Shown: in pieces, positions 17,887 through 28,026 of the stretch
Numbering within the stretch: the first letter of the stretch is position 1
How the letters are laid out: each line of letters opens with the position of its first letter
The notes under the pieces: model-generated
The model's input: the letters and a program-made list of their open reading frames with translations, nothing else
What the model was told of the DNA's origin: nothing
Databases searched by the model: none
Program-made: the position numbers and the translations under genes
From: Escherichia phage CR01
Sequence record: OR061068
Reading direction: 5' to 3' (one strand)
Length of the DNA: 45,236 nt

Positions 17887-19332
17887 ATGTCAAGCGGATG
17901 CGGTGACGTTTTAAGCCTGGCGGATTTACAGATCGCCAAAAAACACCAGATTTTCGAAGCCGAGGTTATCACAGGTAAATCCGGCGGGGTTGCTGGGGGC
18001 GCGGATATTGATTACGCGACCAATGCTGTTACGGGTCAGGCACAGAAAACGCTACCTGCTGTGTTGCGCGACGCTGGCTTTTCTCCCGTGTCGTGGGATT
18101 TCTCAACCGGCGGAACGTTAACAGTTAACGACCGCGATAAAGTTGTCTATGACCCTGTAAGTAAAACATGGTACTCGTACTTGGGAACACTACCGGTTAC
18201 GGTTCCAGCGGGTTTTAATCCTGTTGGCAACGCAGACTGGAGACCGCAGACAGACCCGGATTTGCGTACGGAGTTAGGGTCCGCCCAAGGTGCCGATATG
18301 ATCGGACTCCCGCAAGGTGGTACTGTGGCGCAAGGGGTAGATGTGGTAACGCCCGCTATGTTTGGCGCTATTGGCGACGGCGTTGCAGATGACTCAGTTG
18401 CAATACAGGCCGCAATGGATTATTGCCAGATTAACAATAGAAAGCTAGTCATTCCATCCCGGCGCTATCGAATCACCAAGCCATTGCTATATCGCAACCA
18501 GGGATTTTATAACTATGAGATTGAAGGGCACGGAGGTGCTGCTGTACTTATCATGGATTCTCTGGAAAAAACTGGAATTACCGCACCTGATGCCTTTGGC
18601 GATGATTTTAACGTTAACGCCGCGATGGTAGTTCTGAATGACACTAACCAGAGTAAGTATTGCCGCATTAGTGGATTGCGCTTCGAATCACCAGTTGGTG
18701 CTGAATACGCTATTTATGTTGGGCAAACCGAGAATAGCTATATCCATGACTGCTTTTTTACTGGGTTCACATTTGGATGGTACGACATTGGATCATGGAT
18801 ATGCCGGATAGAGCGATGTGTCGCGCGCAGTATTGTAGATACTGGTTTTTTCAAGAAGACTGGGACGAGTACTAATATCAGTGAATGCTATGCGGACCAG
18901 ATGGAGCGAGGGTATTATTTAGGCGGTGGGTATTCGTCGATAGTAAATTGCGCATGTGATAAGACCACGCGCTGGGGTTATTACTTTAAAGGCGGCCCTG
19001 CAGGAACCGATTTAGCTACGTTCAGTATGAAAGGGTGCGGCTCAGAGCAATCAGGTGCAGATTCAGTATTCTACGTGGACGGCTTGGTTTCGCTAAGCAT
19101 AGAAGACCATAACGCGTTCAACGATCCTTCTTTATCCGCCGCGCCAGCTGCATTACTTAGCATGGCTTCGAATACATCATATTCACAAGTTGTGCTGAAA
19201 AATATTAGAACAGTAAATGTAGATACATTAATTTTGGATGCTGCTGACCATAATTATTTTGATTTAACAAACGTCACATGTCGTAGCGCCATGTCTAAAG
19301 AGTTTTACTTAGGAGTAATTCAAGAGTTTTAA
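17887..19332 (+). CDS. tailspike / tail fibre with pectate-lyase-like beta-helix domain (candidate polysaccharide depolymerase)
   Basis: 481 aa; motif FGAIGDGVADDSVAIQAAMDYC typical of pectate lyase-3 / beta-helix glycosidase folds used by phage depolymerases. Confidence 0.55.
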   Translation: MSSGCGDVLSLADLQIAKKHQIFEAEVITGKSGGVAGGADIDYATNAVTGQAQKTLPAVLRDAGFSPVSWDFSTGGTLTVNDRDKVVYDPVSKTWYSYLGTLPVTVPAGFNPVGNADWRPQTDPDLRTELGSAQGADMIGLPQGGTVAQGVDVVTPAMFGAIGDGVADDSVAIQAAMDYCQINNRKLVIPSRRYRITKPLLYRNQGFYNYEIEGHGGAAVLIMDSLEKTGITAPDAFGDDFNVNAAMVVLNDTNQSKYCRISGLRFESPVGAEYAIYVGQTENSYIHDCFFTGFTFGWYDIGSWICRIERCVARSIVDTGFFKKTGTSTNISECYADQMERGYYLGGGYSSIVNCACDKTTRWGYYFKGGPAGTDLATFSMKGCGSEQSGADSVFYVDGLVSLSIEDHNAFNDPSLSAAPAALLSMASNTSYSQVVLKNIRTVNVDTLILDAADHNYFDLTNVTCRSAMSKEFYLGVIQEF

Positions 19333-19341
19333 AAAGGACGT

Positions 19342-19721
19342 ATGATGGCACGCGATTTATTACTAGCAACGACCAAGTTGGTATTGGATTTACGGAATCT
19401 GATATCGTTGACGGATGGACAGATCTCACTTTATCTGGGTTGCGAAATGGGCAGTTTGTAATTAGAAGGTCTATATCCGTATCTAGGACTTCGGGAGACG
19501 CTGGTGCGGCAGTTGTAACACTCCCTTTTAATATGAACACCAATTACACTGTTGCAGCTACGCTTGAAGGTACATTCAGTCAGCTGCAATCCATTTGCCC
19601 TGTGTTCAGTGTTACAGATAAAACATCATCTAGTTTTTCCTTGTGTGCGTCATCGGCAAAAGGCAACACTTCATGGTCGGCTATAACTGTTGAAGTTATT
19701 ATATATGGGTTAAAAGCTTAA
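19342..19721 (+). CDS. tailspike-associated hypothetical protein, apparently frameshifted near 19437-19446
   Basis: ATG 19342 opens a 39-codon frame ending at 19461; track ORF 19440..19721 continues in the -1 frame; the two join if one base is added to a short homopolymer. Confidence 0.3.
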
Positions 19722-19723
19722 AA

Positions 19724-19750
19724 CTAAGGCCCCAAACGGGGCCTTTTCTC
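19724..19750. terminator. bidirectional rho-independent terminator separating late (+) and replication (-) blocks
   Basis: AAGGCCCCAAACGGGGCCTTTTCTC hairpin with flanking A- and T-runs. Confidence 0.65.
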
Positions 19751-19887
19751 TACTCTTCCGATAACTTCTCCAGTACAAACGCCAGTTGCGCATTAGCGGC
19801 ATCTCTCTGTTGCCGTAGTCGTAGAACCTCCTCCTCAAGTTCCTTGATACGTTTTTGCAATGCCGGAATCGGTGCTATGATGTTCAT
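19750..19887 (-). CDS. small coiled-coil protein (45 aa)
   Basis: ATG overlaps the stop of the Toprim gene (ATGA); reads MNIIAPIPALQKRIKELEEEVLRLRQQRDAANAQLAFVLEKLSEE. Confidence 0.3.
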   Translation of the reverse strand: MNIIAPIPALQKRIKELEEEVLRLRQQRDAANAQLAFVLEKLSEE

Positions 19888-20399
19888 CTGGTAAATTTCC
19901 TCGCAAGATACGTTATTTCTTCTTCACAAAGTTCATCAAGGTCGTTTGACACAAATCCTCTGGTGAATGTTTTGCTGAACTTTAAGCCAGCTTTATCATT
20001 GTCGCCCGCGCACACCCAGTCATACGGCAAAAGTGACATTTGCTGCCGTAGGTCGGTTGGTATATTTGACCCAAGTGCGCTTACGGCATTGAACCCGCAA
20101 TTCATCAAAGCAACAGCCTTAAATATGCTTTCGGTAACAAATACGGTCCCGCTTTCCGGAAGGTATTCCAACCCCCATAAACAAGGTCTTGTTGTTCTGG
20201 TGAAGTACCGCGCGTCTTTAGGGTTTTTACAGTTCTTTTCAGCATGTGGCTTGTAATGCTGGTATCCGCGAAGCCTACCATCAAACCCCCACAGGTAAAA
20301 TGTAGCTACTCCAGAGCCTAAGACTACACGTAAACGGTCAGCGTCAAAACCTCGTGACAGCAGATGCACCTTAAGTAGTAACTCCTCGCAATCCATCAT
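19884..20399 (-). CDS. Toprim-domain protein
   Basis: 171 aa; conserved Glu (VFVTESIF) and DxD (VCAGDNDKAG) motifs in Toprim spacing; start overlaps the SNF2 helicase stop. Confidence 0.4.
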   Translation of the reverse strand: MMDCEELLLKVHLLSRGFDADRLRVVLGSGVATFYLWGFDGRLRGYQHYKPHAEKNCKNPKDARYFTRTTRPCLWGLEYLPESGTVFVTESIFKAVALMNCGFNAVSALGSNIPTDLRQQMSLLPYDWVCAGDNDKAGLKFSKTFTRGFVSNDLDELCEEEITYLARKFTR

Positions 20400-21820
20400 T
20401 TCTTACCTCGTCTCTTCATGTAATTAAGCAATTCTTCCTGGACCGATTTCTTCTCGTCGGTACGCGCGGCAACAACCTCGTCCAGCGTATCTTTAGCAAC
20501 GATATGATAGAGGAACACCGGTCGCTCGTGACCCGCCTGTTTCTGGCGTACAGGGCCTATGCGCTCGACAACCTGCAAATAGTGCTCAAGGTTCCAGCCT
20601 TGCGAGATGAATGCCAGATGATGCCCTCCGTCCTGTAAATTCAAACCATGGCCGGCTGACGCGGGGTGAACGCATAAGATTTCGATTTCCCCGCGGTTCC
20701 ACGCTTCCATCTGCTTATTACCCTTCGCACCTTTGGCAAACGCCTGCGCCTGAGGGAATCGCTTAAGGATGCGCTCCAGTTCGTGCTTGAACTGATAAGC
20801 CACCAGTAACGTAGCGCCCTGTAACTCCTCAACGATGGACTCCAGCGCATCCAGTTTCGTGTCGTGCACTTTCTCCCAGTCTTTCGTTGCTTCTCCGTCT
20901 GGCCCCGATACATATACAGCGCCGGATGCAATCTGTAGGCACTTCGACGTCTTAGCTGCAGCGTTAGCCGCTTCGACTTCTCCGCTCTCCAGTTCCGCGA
21001 ATAATTTCTCCTCCATATCGATGTACGCCTGACGCGCTTTCTTCGGCAGGTCGATTTCAACCGGTACAATAATCGGTGCTTCGCACCCGAACCACTCGGC
21101 GGCGTCAATCGTGAGACTAATGTCCTTCATCTTCTGGTGAATTTCATTATCCGCACCAGGGCGCGCATGATACTCCCGCGCCATAGCCGATTTGCCTTTC
21201 TGCACCGAGTTAAACCAGCGGTCGGTGAATGCGGTGTATGAAGACCCCAGGCGCTCGCCAGCGTCGATAAACCAGTTCTGGCCCCACAAATCCTTGAGGC
21301 CGTTAGGTGATGGTGTACCTGTAAGGTTAATGAAACGCTTAACCTTACCGAACGCCACTTTGCTTAGCGCCTTCGCCCGCTTGCTTCCGCCAGAACGGCT
21401 GCGGAAAGATTTAAGCTTCGTGCTTTCATCGGCAACGATAACAGTAAATGGCCAGTCGTCTTTGCCGTAGTAGTCAATCAGCCACTCGATAACTTCGTAG
21501 TTCGTGCACACCACGTTAGCGTCTGACTCCAGCGCCGCGATGCGGCGCTTCTCCGAACCAGTTGCATCGACGACACGAAGACACGGGAAACCCCACTTAG
21601 TTTGTTCTGCGGGCCACGTGCCAGATGCAACTCGCAATGGGGCAAGGATTAACACTCGGTCGTCGTCATTAAGTTGGCCATTGCGGAACAGTCGATTGAG
21701 AACCCACATCGTCGACGAGGTCTTGCCGCCGCCCATACCGCACCAGATATTGCAACGTGGGTGCTGTAGCATAAACGACGTCATTATTTTCTGATATTCC
21801 CTGCGCCTAAACTTACTCAT
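20396..21820 (-). CDS. SNF2-family helicase/ATPase
   Basis: 474 aa; Walker A GMGGGKTS, DEXH-like VIVADESTKLK, C-terminal helicase-like region. Confidence 0.7.
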   Translation of the reverse strand: MSKFRRREYQKIMTSFMLQHPRCNIWCGMGGGKTSSTMWVLNRLFRNGQLNDDDRVLILAPLRVASGTWPAEQTKWGFPCLRVVDATGSEKRRIAALESDANVVCTNYEVIEWLIDYYGKDDWPFTVIVADESTKLKSFRSRSGGSKRAKALSKVAFGKVKRFINLTGTPSPNGLKDLWGQNWFIDAGERLGSSYTAFTDRWFNSVQKGKSAMAREYHARPGADNEIHQKMKDISLTIDAAEWFGCEAPIIVPVEIDLPKKARQAYIDMEEKLFAELESGEVEAANAAAKTSKCLQIASGAVYVSGPDGEATKDWEKVHDTKLDALESIVEELQGATLLVAYQFKHELERILKRFPQAQAFAKGAKGNKQMEAWNRGEIEILCVHPASAGHGLNLQDGGHHLAFISQGWNLEHYLQVVERIGPVRQKQAGHERPVFLYHIVAKDTLDEVVAARTDEKKSVQEELLNYMKRRGKK

Positions 21821-22313
21821 GCCTTGAACTCCCCGAAGTATATTTCCGCGGCTCTTTGGTATACGCGCGACGCTTCTTCTATAGTATCAAAATAGCCAAG
21901 GTGGATGTATTTGTTATTGACGCCTATTCTGGCGCGCCACCTGCCAGAGGATATTTGGTAAACCCCTATCGCGCCGCTAGTGTTATGTGATGAGCAGTCT
22001 CGGTTCTGAATCTGCTGGCTCCTGGCTGCTGGCCTTATATTATTTATGGCGTTATTAGCCCTGTTACGGTCTTTATGGTCAAGCTCACCGTTATGATATT
22101 CTCCGTAGACGAAAGCCCATGCCAGATGGTGGGCTTTTATTCTTACACCGGAGACTGTAATAACTATGTATCCTTTGTCGTTTGGCCCTCCGGCTACCTC
22201 CCCGCATTTCTCCCTTTAATGCTTACTTTTCGTGTAAATATACCTGTTTCGGGGTCATAGTTAAGAAGACGTTTCGCCTCCTCAATATCAGGCCTTCTTG
22301 TTAATTTGTTCAT
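21817..22313 (-). CDS. HNH homing endonuclease with AP2-like DNA-binding domain, frameshifted at C-run 22200-22203
   Basis: Not in the ORF track because it is split; N-terminal MNKLTRRPDIEEAKRLLNYDPETGIFTRK, then after adding one base KAHHLAWAFVYGEYHNGELDHKDRNRANNAINNIR (HNH) and GVYQISSGRWRARIGVNNKYIHLGYFDTIEEASRVYQRAA (AP2-like); ATGA overlaps with both neighbours. Confidence 0.6.
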
Positions 22314-22501
22314 TTCAGCACCAGAACTAATTCCTTACGCCCGAACGCCGTAACGTTACCGGTTACATCTTCGATAACCAGTTTACCGTTCGACTCGACG
22401 TACACCGTATCAACGGCAACAGGTCGGCGCGTCTTAACGTTGAAAATCATGTCGCCAGGTACGATGTCACGTGCTGGTTTGCGGTCATATTCGTGTTTCA
22501 T
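22310..22501 (-). CDS. hypothetical protein (63 aa)
   Basis: Track ORF; downstream of promoter-like copy at 22534-22562. Confidence 0.35.
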   Translation of the reverse strand: MKHEYDRKPARDIVPGDMIFNVKTRRPVAVDTVYVESNGKLVIEDVTGNVTAFGRKELVLVLK

Positions 22502-22531
22502 TTCTCAATTCCTTATATTGTTGGTGTAGGA

Positions 22532-22831
22532 CTAACTATAATAGCTCGCTATTAGGTCGTCAACCTGTTTAAACGAACCAACGACAAAAACATTAGCACC
22601 GCGTTTACACATCCGCTCATGCTCCCGTAACTGGTGCGGGTCTGGCTTCGTGTTTTCGTCTTTCTTCACCTCGACGAACCAGATGATGCCACCAGGGAGA
22701 ATTGCCAGCAGGTCGGGGGCGCCGGAACGTCCTTCGTAGGAGAGCTTACGAACGAGGCCCCCAATGGCCTCGAATCGGTCTTTGCGTATTTCTGAATCTT
22801 GCCTTCCGGGGTCACAGCAAAGGCTCCGCAT
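22532..22831 (-). CDS. VRR-NUC domain nuclease
   Basis: About 99 aa from ATG 22831; motif RSGAPDLLAILPGGIIWFVEVKK (PD...E-x-K). Confidence 0.5.
   Translation of the reverse strand: MRSLCCDPGRQDSEIRKDRFEAIGGLVRKLSYEGRSGAPDLLAILPGGIIWFVEVKKDENTKPDPHQLREHERMCKRGANVFVVGSFKQVDDLIASYYS
22534..22562 (-). promoter_or_regulatory. sigma70-like promoter with operator palindrome
   Basis: Reverse complement TTGACG-ACCTAATAGCGAGCTAT-TATAGT; contains AATAG-N5-CTATT. Confidence 0.45.
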
Positions 22832-23006
22832 CCGGGTTACGCAGGAAGTACGCTTGATAGATGTCGTGTTCCGAATAGTAAACACCTTTGTGTGTGCACC
22901 CCGCACAAACGTCACTAAAGAACCCATCACCCATTACCATGATAAATTCCCATTCCGGCATATCCACTAACGCAGCTAGTTTCTTACTAAATGGCTTGTT
23001 ACTCAT
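22812..23006 (-). CDS. hypothetical Cys-containing protein (64 aa)
   Basis: ATG 23006 (MSNKPFSKK...); contains CAGCTHKG; overlaps the VRR-NUC start by ~20 nt. Confidence 0.3.
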   Translation of the reverse strand: MSNKPFSKKLAALVDMPEWEFIMVMGDGFFSDVCAGCTHKGVYYSEHDIYQAYFLRNPDAEPLL

Positions 23007-23209
23007 AATACGCACCCCTCACGTTTCGTATGCTCAATACCACAGCGCGGACAGATTCGACAGTCTTCTTCATAGAACCAGTAAATTTTCATTCCAGCAC
23101 CCACAGATAAATTGCGATGAACATGCCCAACACGGCTACCATCATGCCGTATTGGCCCTCGTGACAGTAGACACCGGCGGCGAACCCCGCCAGTACCGCG
23201 ATAATCAGT

Positions 23210-25409
23210 TTACTTAGCATAACGTTTTAACTCCTGACCTTCCGCTACAAGAGGGAACCCCTCGGCCCACTCCGGCAACGCACACATTAATTTTTCCAGT
23301 TCAGCCACCGTGTACTCAGGTGTGTCCGGAGTTTCACACACTAATTCATCGTGTACCGAAAGCACGATGGGGTACCCGCCGCCCTCAACATTAATCATCG
23401 CATATGCGAGCAAATCACGGCACAGCGCCTGAACAATGTTTTCGCAGGCTTTGCCGCCGTGGGTGTACAGGGTAGTCCATTGGCGGGTTAACTGGTTTTC
23501 ACCCTGATACTTGATTCGCACATTCGTGTTTACCCGTCCGTCTTCGTCTGTTTCCTTTGTCACACTAACGCCGATTCCCGGATACGAGAGGATGCGACCC
23601 GACGGCAACTCCATACACAACCACCAACCAGGAACCTTCCTGCCGGATGAATCAAATTCTACAGTACGCCATATGCGGATAGCACGCTCGCCATTCTTGC
23701 GCAGATGCGCCCCGCCCAAAATTCACGACCAGGATTACGAACAGCAGCTAAAATTCCGTCTTTAAGGTCGCGCCAGAAAGCTACTGTTTCAGGGTGGGAC
23801 TCCCGCCACATACGCTTGATAGCGTCGCAGGTACGCCACACTTTCTTATCAAGAATATACGATGGTCGGTCATCCTTTTCACCGGGATGTGGCGGTCGCT
23901 TTGCTTCCTGAATACGCGCCCACTCATACCCACGTGCGGTAGCAGCCCAGATGTGGTCGGGGAAAGTCCCGTCCATTGTTTTTGCCATCTCAATAAGGTC
24001 AAGACCTAAGTTTTTAGCAAACGTAACGAACGCTCCGACGCCCCCTCATAGCCGAGGCCAAGCTCGCAAGCCTTGCCTATCTGTCTGATTTCCTTGAAGT
24101 TTTTCTTAATATCATCTGGGTCCATGCCAAACATCTTACCCGCGGTTACACAGTAAATATCCAACCCGGCGCGGAACGTATCAAGCGCGGTTTCCTCCCC
24201 AGCCAGCCACGCAAGCCCGCGACCTTCAACGTTAGAGTAGTCAGCAACAACAAACTTATGCCCTTCTTCCGGTATGATGCAGCTACGCACAGTAGATGCC
24301 GTCAGTTTTGCCACATCGAAACGGCGATGCGCTCGGCCCTTAAGTAACGCTGAAATGCCTTTATCCAGTTCATCATCGTGATAGTACCCGCGTGCGAGAT
24401 TCTGCGGCTGGAAGCCTTTACCCGCCCATCGCAGAGTACGTTTTGCCCCGCCATACTGTAAACAACCGCGACGGCGGTCGTCCGACGAGCGGCCTAACAG
24501 CAGCGGGTTATATTTCGTTGATGCGGTGGACGCGGCCCCGAGGCGCATTTCGATAATCGTGCGGGCGTCGTCAGGTAAATCATCGTCCGCCAGCAGGTCA
24601 TGAAGCGTTGACTTCTGCGCGTTGTGGATGCGGTGCGCGGGGGCGAGTTCACGCAGAATCGGCAGAAAGTCTTTACCGGTAAGCGAGCCGCCGTATTTGC
24701 GTTGGGCTTCTTCCTGTAACTGTGCCTTGTGCTTCTCCACGGCTTCAATCGCGGCTTCCGCCAGTGCAACGTCAACCTTAAACCCACGGTCATTGATTAA
24801 CTGGTCAAGTTCCAGTACACGGTCCTCGAACTCGGAGTTACCCCAACGCGGCAGCTTATGAAAGACTTCACGCATCGCGGTGATGTCGCTCACGGCGTAC
24901 TTGATGAACAGCGCCCACTCGTCCGGGTGTGTTTCGGCGGTGTAACGGCGGATTTTGTAGTTCTTCGGTGTAGGTTTGGAGAAACGCTGAATCAGCGCCT
25001 TGCCGCGTTTATCTTTCGCGTTGTCCGCGGATACACACAACACTTCGCACAATGCATCGAGCGACCCCGGCAGCGCGTGGCGAAACGCCCAAATCATCGT
25101 ATCAATGGTGTTGCTTACCGGAATATCAAAGCCCCAGCAGTGCTTCATGATGAGCCTGTCGAACATTGAGCCGTTGTGCCACACCATCTTAATGCGGCTG
25201 TTCGGCTTAACCAGACGGCGTAGTGCGCGGTGCAAATCACCCGGCATGTCGCTGCTGTCGGTGCAATCCCATACCTGCACAGGCTCGTCGTCAAAAGCAT
25301 AGGTACAGATTAGCACTTCGGTAGTTGGGTGTTCGGCATAAGCGTAGGAGCCGACTTTCTTTAAATCGGCTTCGGAGAATGTTTCAAAGTCCAGGTATAA
25401 GTAGCTCAT
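23210..25409 (-). CDS. family A DNA polymerase with 3'-5' exonuclease domain, split by two homopolymer frameshifts
   Basis: N-terminal exonuclease motif LYLDFETFS; pol motif B-like RQIGKACELGLGYEG; motif C SVHDELV; frame changes at C5 run 24041-24045 and C4 run 23710-23713 are each repaired by adding one base. Confidence 0.8.
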
Positions 25410-25426
25410 TATTTTTGACCCTTAGT

Positions 25427-25450
25427 AAAAAGGCCCAATGAAGGGCCTTA
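25427..25450 (-). terminator. intrinsic terminator/attenuator hairpin between the SSB-like and DNA polymerase genes
   Basis: On the minus strand AAGGCCCTTCATTGGGCCTT followed by TTTTA. Confidence 0.4.
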
Positions 25451-25468
25451 GTTAAATTGATTCAGATA

Positions 25469-26095
25469 TTAGCGGCGACGACGTTCGCGGCGCGGTGCTT
25501 CATCTTCTTCATCGTCTTCCAGGTCATCGACGCTTGCAGCGACTTTAGAACCGCCGAACGCTTTACCTTCGCCGACGTATTTAATCGCCAGCAGGTTAAC
25601 GCCGAGAACTTTATATTTCTGGCTGAACCAGATTTCAACGCTTACATTAGCAACGCAGCCGCTGTAAACCTGTTCACCTTCAATCTGTTCGCCGTCTACA
25701 TTGAAGTCCTGCTCTACCTGAGTCTCGCCTTTTTTAGAGGTTACAATAAGCGGCTGTTTCTGCGCCTTCGCTTTGAAGTAGAAGCCTTCCGGGAAGTCTT
25801 CAAACGGATTGTCGCGCTCTGCAATATCTTTAATCGCGCATTTATCCATGTGCTTACCTTCGCCGTAGTTGGACTTCATCCATTTCTCTGCGGCGGCTGC
25901 GCCTAATGCTTCTTCGACTACAGCGTAAACGGTATCGTAGAGCGCATCGATTTGAGCATGGTCCGACGGCAGGATAATGGTTGCACTGTACTGGCCTTTG
26001 GTGATTGAGCCATCATCGTTTTCACGGTCTTTTTCGCGTTCAAATACGTTAACCCATGCAGTGTTTACTTTACGCAGATTTAATTTCAGTCCCAT
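25469..26095 (-). CDS. putative ssDNA-binding protein with acidic/basic C-terminal tail
   Basis: 208 aa; C-terminus DDLEDDEEDEAPRRERRRR; adjacent to the Cas4-like nuclease. Confidence 0.35.
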   Translation of the reverse strand: MGLKLNLRKVNTAWVNVFEREKDRENDDGSITKGQYSATIILPSDHAQIDALYDTVYAVVEEALGAAAAEKWMKSNYGEGKHMDKCAIKDIAERDNPFEDFPEGFYFKAKAQKQPLIVTSKKGETQVEQDFNVDGEQIEGEQVYSGCVANVSVEIWFSQKYKVLGVNLLAIKYVGEGKAFGGSKVAASVDDLEDDEEDEAPRRERRRR

Positions 26096-26149
26096 CTTAA
26101 TTTCTCGCTTTTCAGTTTCGTTTACTCCGGGAGCTGCCCGGCCAGTGAT

Positions 26150-26182
26150 TAGAAATATAATAGCTAACTATTCAGGTGTCAA
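26150..26182 (-). promoter_or_regulatory. sigma70-like promoter with operator palindrome upstream of the SSB-like gene
   Basis: Reverse complement TTGACA-CCTGAATAGTTAGCTAT-TATATT; contains AATAG-N4-CTATT. Confidence 0.5.
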
Positions 26183-26460
26183 CCCTTCCAGCCAGTTATT
26201 TTCTCAACTATCTCAATATACTTGTTTGGCCATTTCATGTTGTTTATGAAACGTAACGCCTGTGTCTTCCACGATTTGTCATTCAGGATGGCTTCGATGT
26301 CGCGTGTTCGCATTAGGCATATCGTAAGGCACGCTATGATAAATGTTGGTATCATTAGCGGCGACATAAGAACCCAGAAAATAATACACGCCACAAAACC
26401 GCCAATTACTCTGAACATTTTACGAATCATTCCAAATCCTCCTCTGTTACCTGATTCCAC
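26179..26460 (-). CDS. small membrane protein (93 aa)
   Basis: Two hydrophobic segments (VIGGFVACIIFWVLMSPLMIPTFIIACLTICL). Confidence 0.35.
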   Translation of the reverse strand: MESGNRGGFGMIRKMFRVIGGFVACIIFWVLMSPLMIPTFIIACLTICLMRTRDIEAILNDKSWKTQALRFINNMKWPNKYIEIVEKITGWKG

Positions 26461-27533
26461 TCAGGACGTTTGTCGTCCGCCGTTGCGACGCATGGCGCGC
26501 CTGGTTTACGGGTAATGAAGTCTTTCAGTTCTTCTTCCGGTATTACTTTAACCGCTTCGGTCGGCGTCATGAGCACTTCTTTGGTCAGCTTGCCGCCGTA
26601 TTTCTCGGCCACTTTCTCTGCGTCTTTCCACGCGCGATTACCCGGCCGACCCTCAACCAGCTTGTACCCCGGTACTTTCTTGCCAGAATGCAACGCGGCG
26701 GCCATAGCTTTCTCGACCTTGTCGATGTGCTGGCGCAACAACGGCAACTTCTCATACTCAGCCACGAGTTGCTCCGGTGTAAGTTCCAGTGCGAAATCGT
26801 CCTCCAGTTCTTCCGCCAGCGCCGCGTTAACCGTCTTTGTACGCGCTGCGCACTGTTCTGAGAACCGACACCACTGACAGCCGTCGACAGACGGCCTGAA
26901 GTCCGACGCTTTCAGGTTCTTCTTGCCGCGGGAATACGCATCAAGCGCTAACAGTGCCCGTTTCTGCGCAAACTTAGCGAACAGTTCCAGACCTTCAACC
27001 GAGATGTCCCACTCCGACGCACCGCCAGCGTACGGCTGGAAGATGACCAGACGGACAACTGTGATGTTATAACGTCTCTTGAGTCGGCGATAAACACCGA
27101 GAGCGTAAAGCATAAGCTGCTTGTTTTCTTTCGCTTCGACACGATGCCGTCCAGTTTTCAGGTCGCCGATAATGAGCATGTGATCGTCGGTGTTCGCCAG
27201 CTCCTGAACGGCAACAAGGTCAGCGGTTCCGAACGTCTCGACACCTTCATACCCAGGATGCAATACCTCAGTAAGATTGACTCGCATTTCCAGCTTGGCG
27301 TAAGTCGCTACGTCGATAATCGCTTTGCAGTAGTCTGTGTACTTGCGCACCTGCTCAATCATATCCGCCGTAATCAGTACCGCGCCTTTCATCGGGCTGA
27401 TTAGCGCCTTAATCTGGCCTTTACCTTCATCAAGCACGTAAGCACCGACTTCGCGCTCTAACGGCAGCGCAGTACCGCGTATATAGGCGTTGAGATGTAC
27501 CTCAGCTATTGTATGCATAGCTGTGCCTAACAC
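26427..27533 (-). CDS. PD-(D/E)xK nuclease, Cas4/RecB-like
   Basis: 368 aa; GTADLVAV, IIGDLKTG and QLMLYAL motifs plus a Cys cluster CQWCRFSEQC. Confidence 0.5.
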   Translation of the reverse strand: MLGTAMHTIAEVHLNAYIRGTALPLEREVGAYVLDEGKGQIKALISPMKGAVLITADMIEQVRKYTDYCKAIIDVATYAKLEMRVNLTEVLHPGYEGVETFGTADLVAVQELANTDDHMLIIGDLKTGRHRVEAKENKQLMLYALGVYRRLKRRYNITVVRLVIFQPYAGGASEWDISVEGLELFAKFAQKRALLALDAYSRGKKNLKASDFRPSVDGCQWCRFSEQCAARTKTVNAALAEELEDDFALELTPEQLVAEYEKLPLLRQHIDKVEKAMAAALHSGKKVPGYKLVEGRPGNRAWKDAEKVAEKYGGKLTKEVLMTPTEAVKVIPEEELKDFITRKPGAPCVATADDKRPEWNQVTEEDLE

Positions 27534-27663
27534 GGCAGCTTTGCCGGACGTGTTAGGAATATCTTTTCACAGGCCAGTGATGCACTGCACGCCAGCCACT
27601 TTTTAGCACCTGACGGCGATAGTAATGCGTGCACATCGTTATTGCCGCCGCGTTCTTTTAGAA

Positions 27664-28026
27664 TCATCGTAAACTCTCCAAATACAAGTTTAATGCCTGT
27701 AACTGTTCTTCTGTGGGAATGAAAGAATCATCGCGGTGTAAGTCGCTTAACTGTTGCAACATTCCTGCGAACTTACGTCTTGCGTCGACAGCGACCATGT
27801 GATGCTTTTCACTTTTGTATATTAATGTTTTCGGGTAATCCTCAAGCCTGCCAGACGATTTATTCACTCGGAGCGCCCGAGCTTCATGCGCAATGTGTAT
27901 GTACTTTTTACCGTTTTGTAGCACAGTAGCTACACCGCTGTTCTTTCTGCGGTCGCCGACGGTATAAACTTTGTCGCCGCTGCGCAAATTAAGCCACCAT
28001 TTATCAGTCATGCTCTGTTCTCCCAC
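27664..28026 (-). CDS. hypothetical protein (120 aa)
   Basis: Track ORF in co-directional operon. Confidence 0.3.
   Translation of the reverse strand: MGEQSMTDKWWLNLRSGDKVYTVGDRRKNSGVATVLQNGKKYIHIAHEARALRVNKSSGRLEDYPKTLIYKSEKHHMVAVDARRKFAGMLQQLSDLHRDDSFIPTEEQLQALNLYLESLR

Noticed and set aside
22812-23015. Treating 22812..23015 and 22532..22930 as one frameshifted VRR-NUC gene
   Set aside because: The frame relationship is opposite to the deletion pattern seen elsewhere, and an in-frame ATG at 22831 gives a ~99-aa VRR-NUC protein of typical size, so two overlapping genes are the simpler reading.
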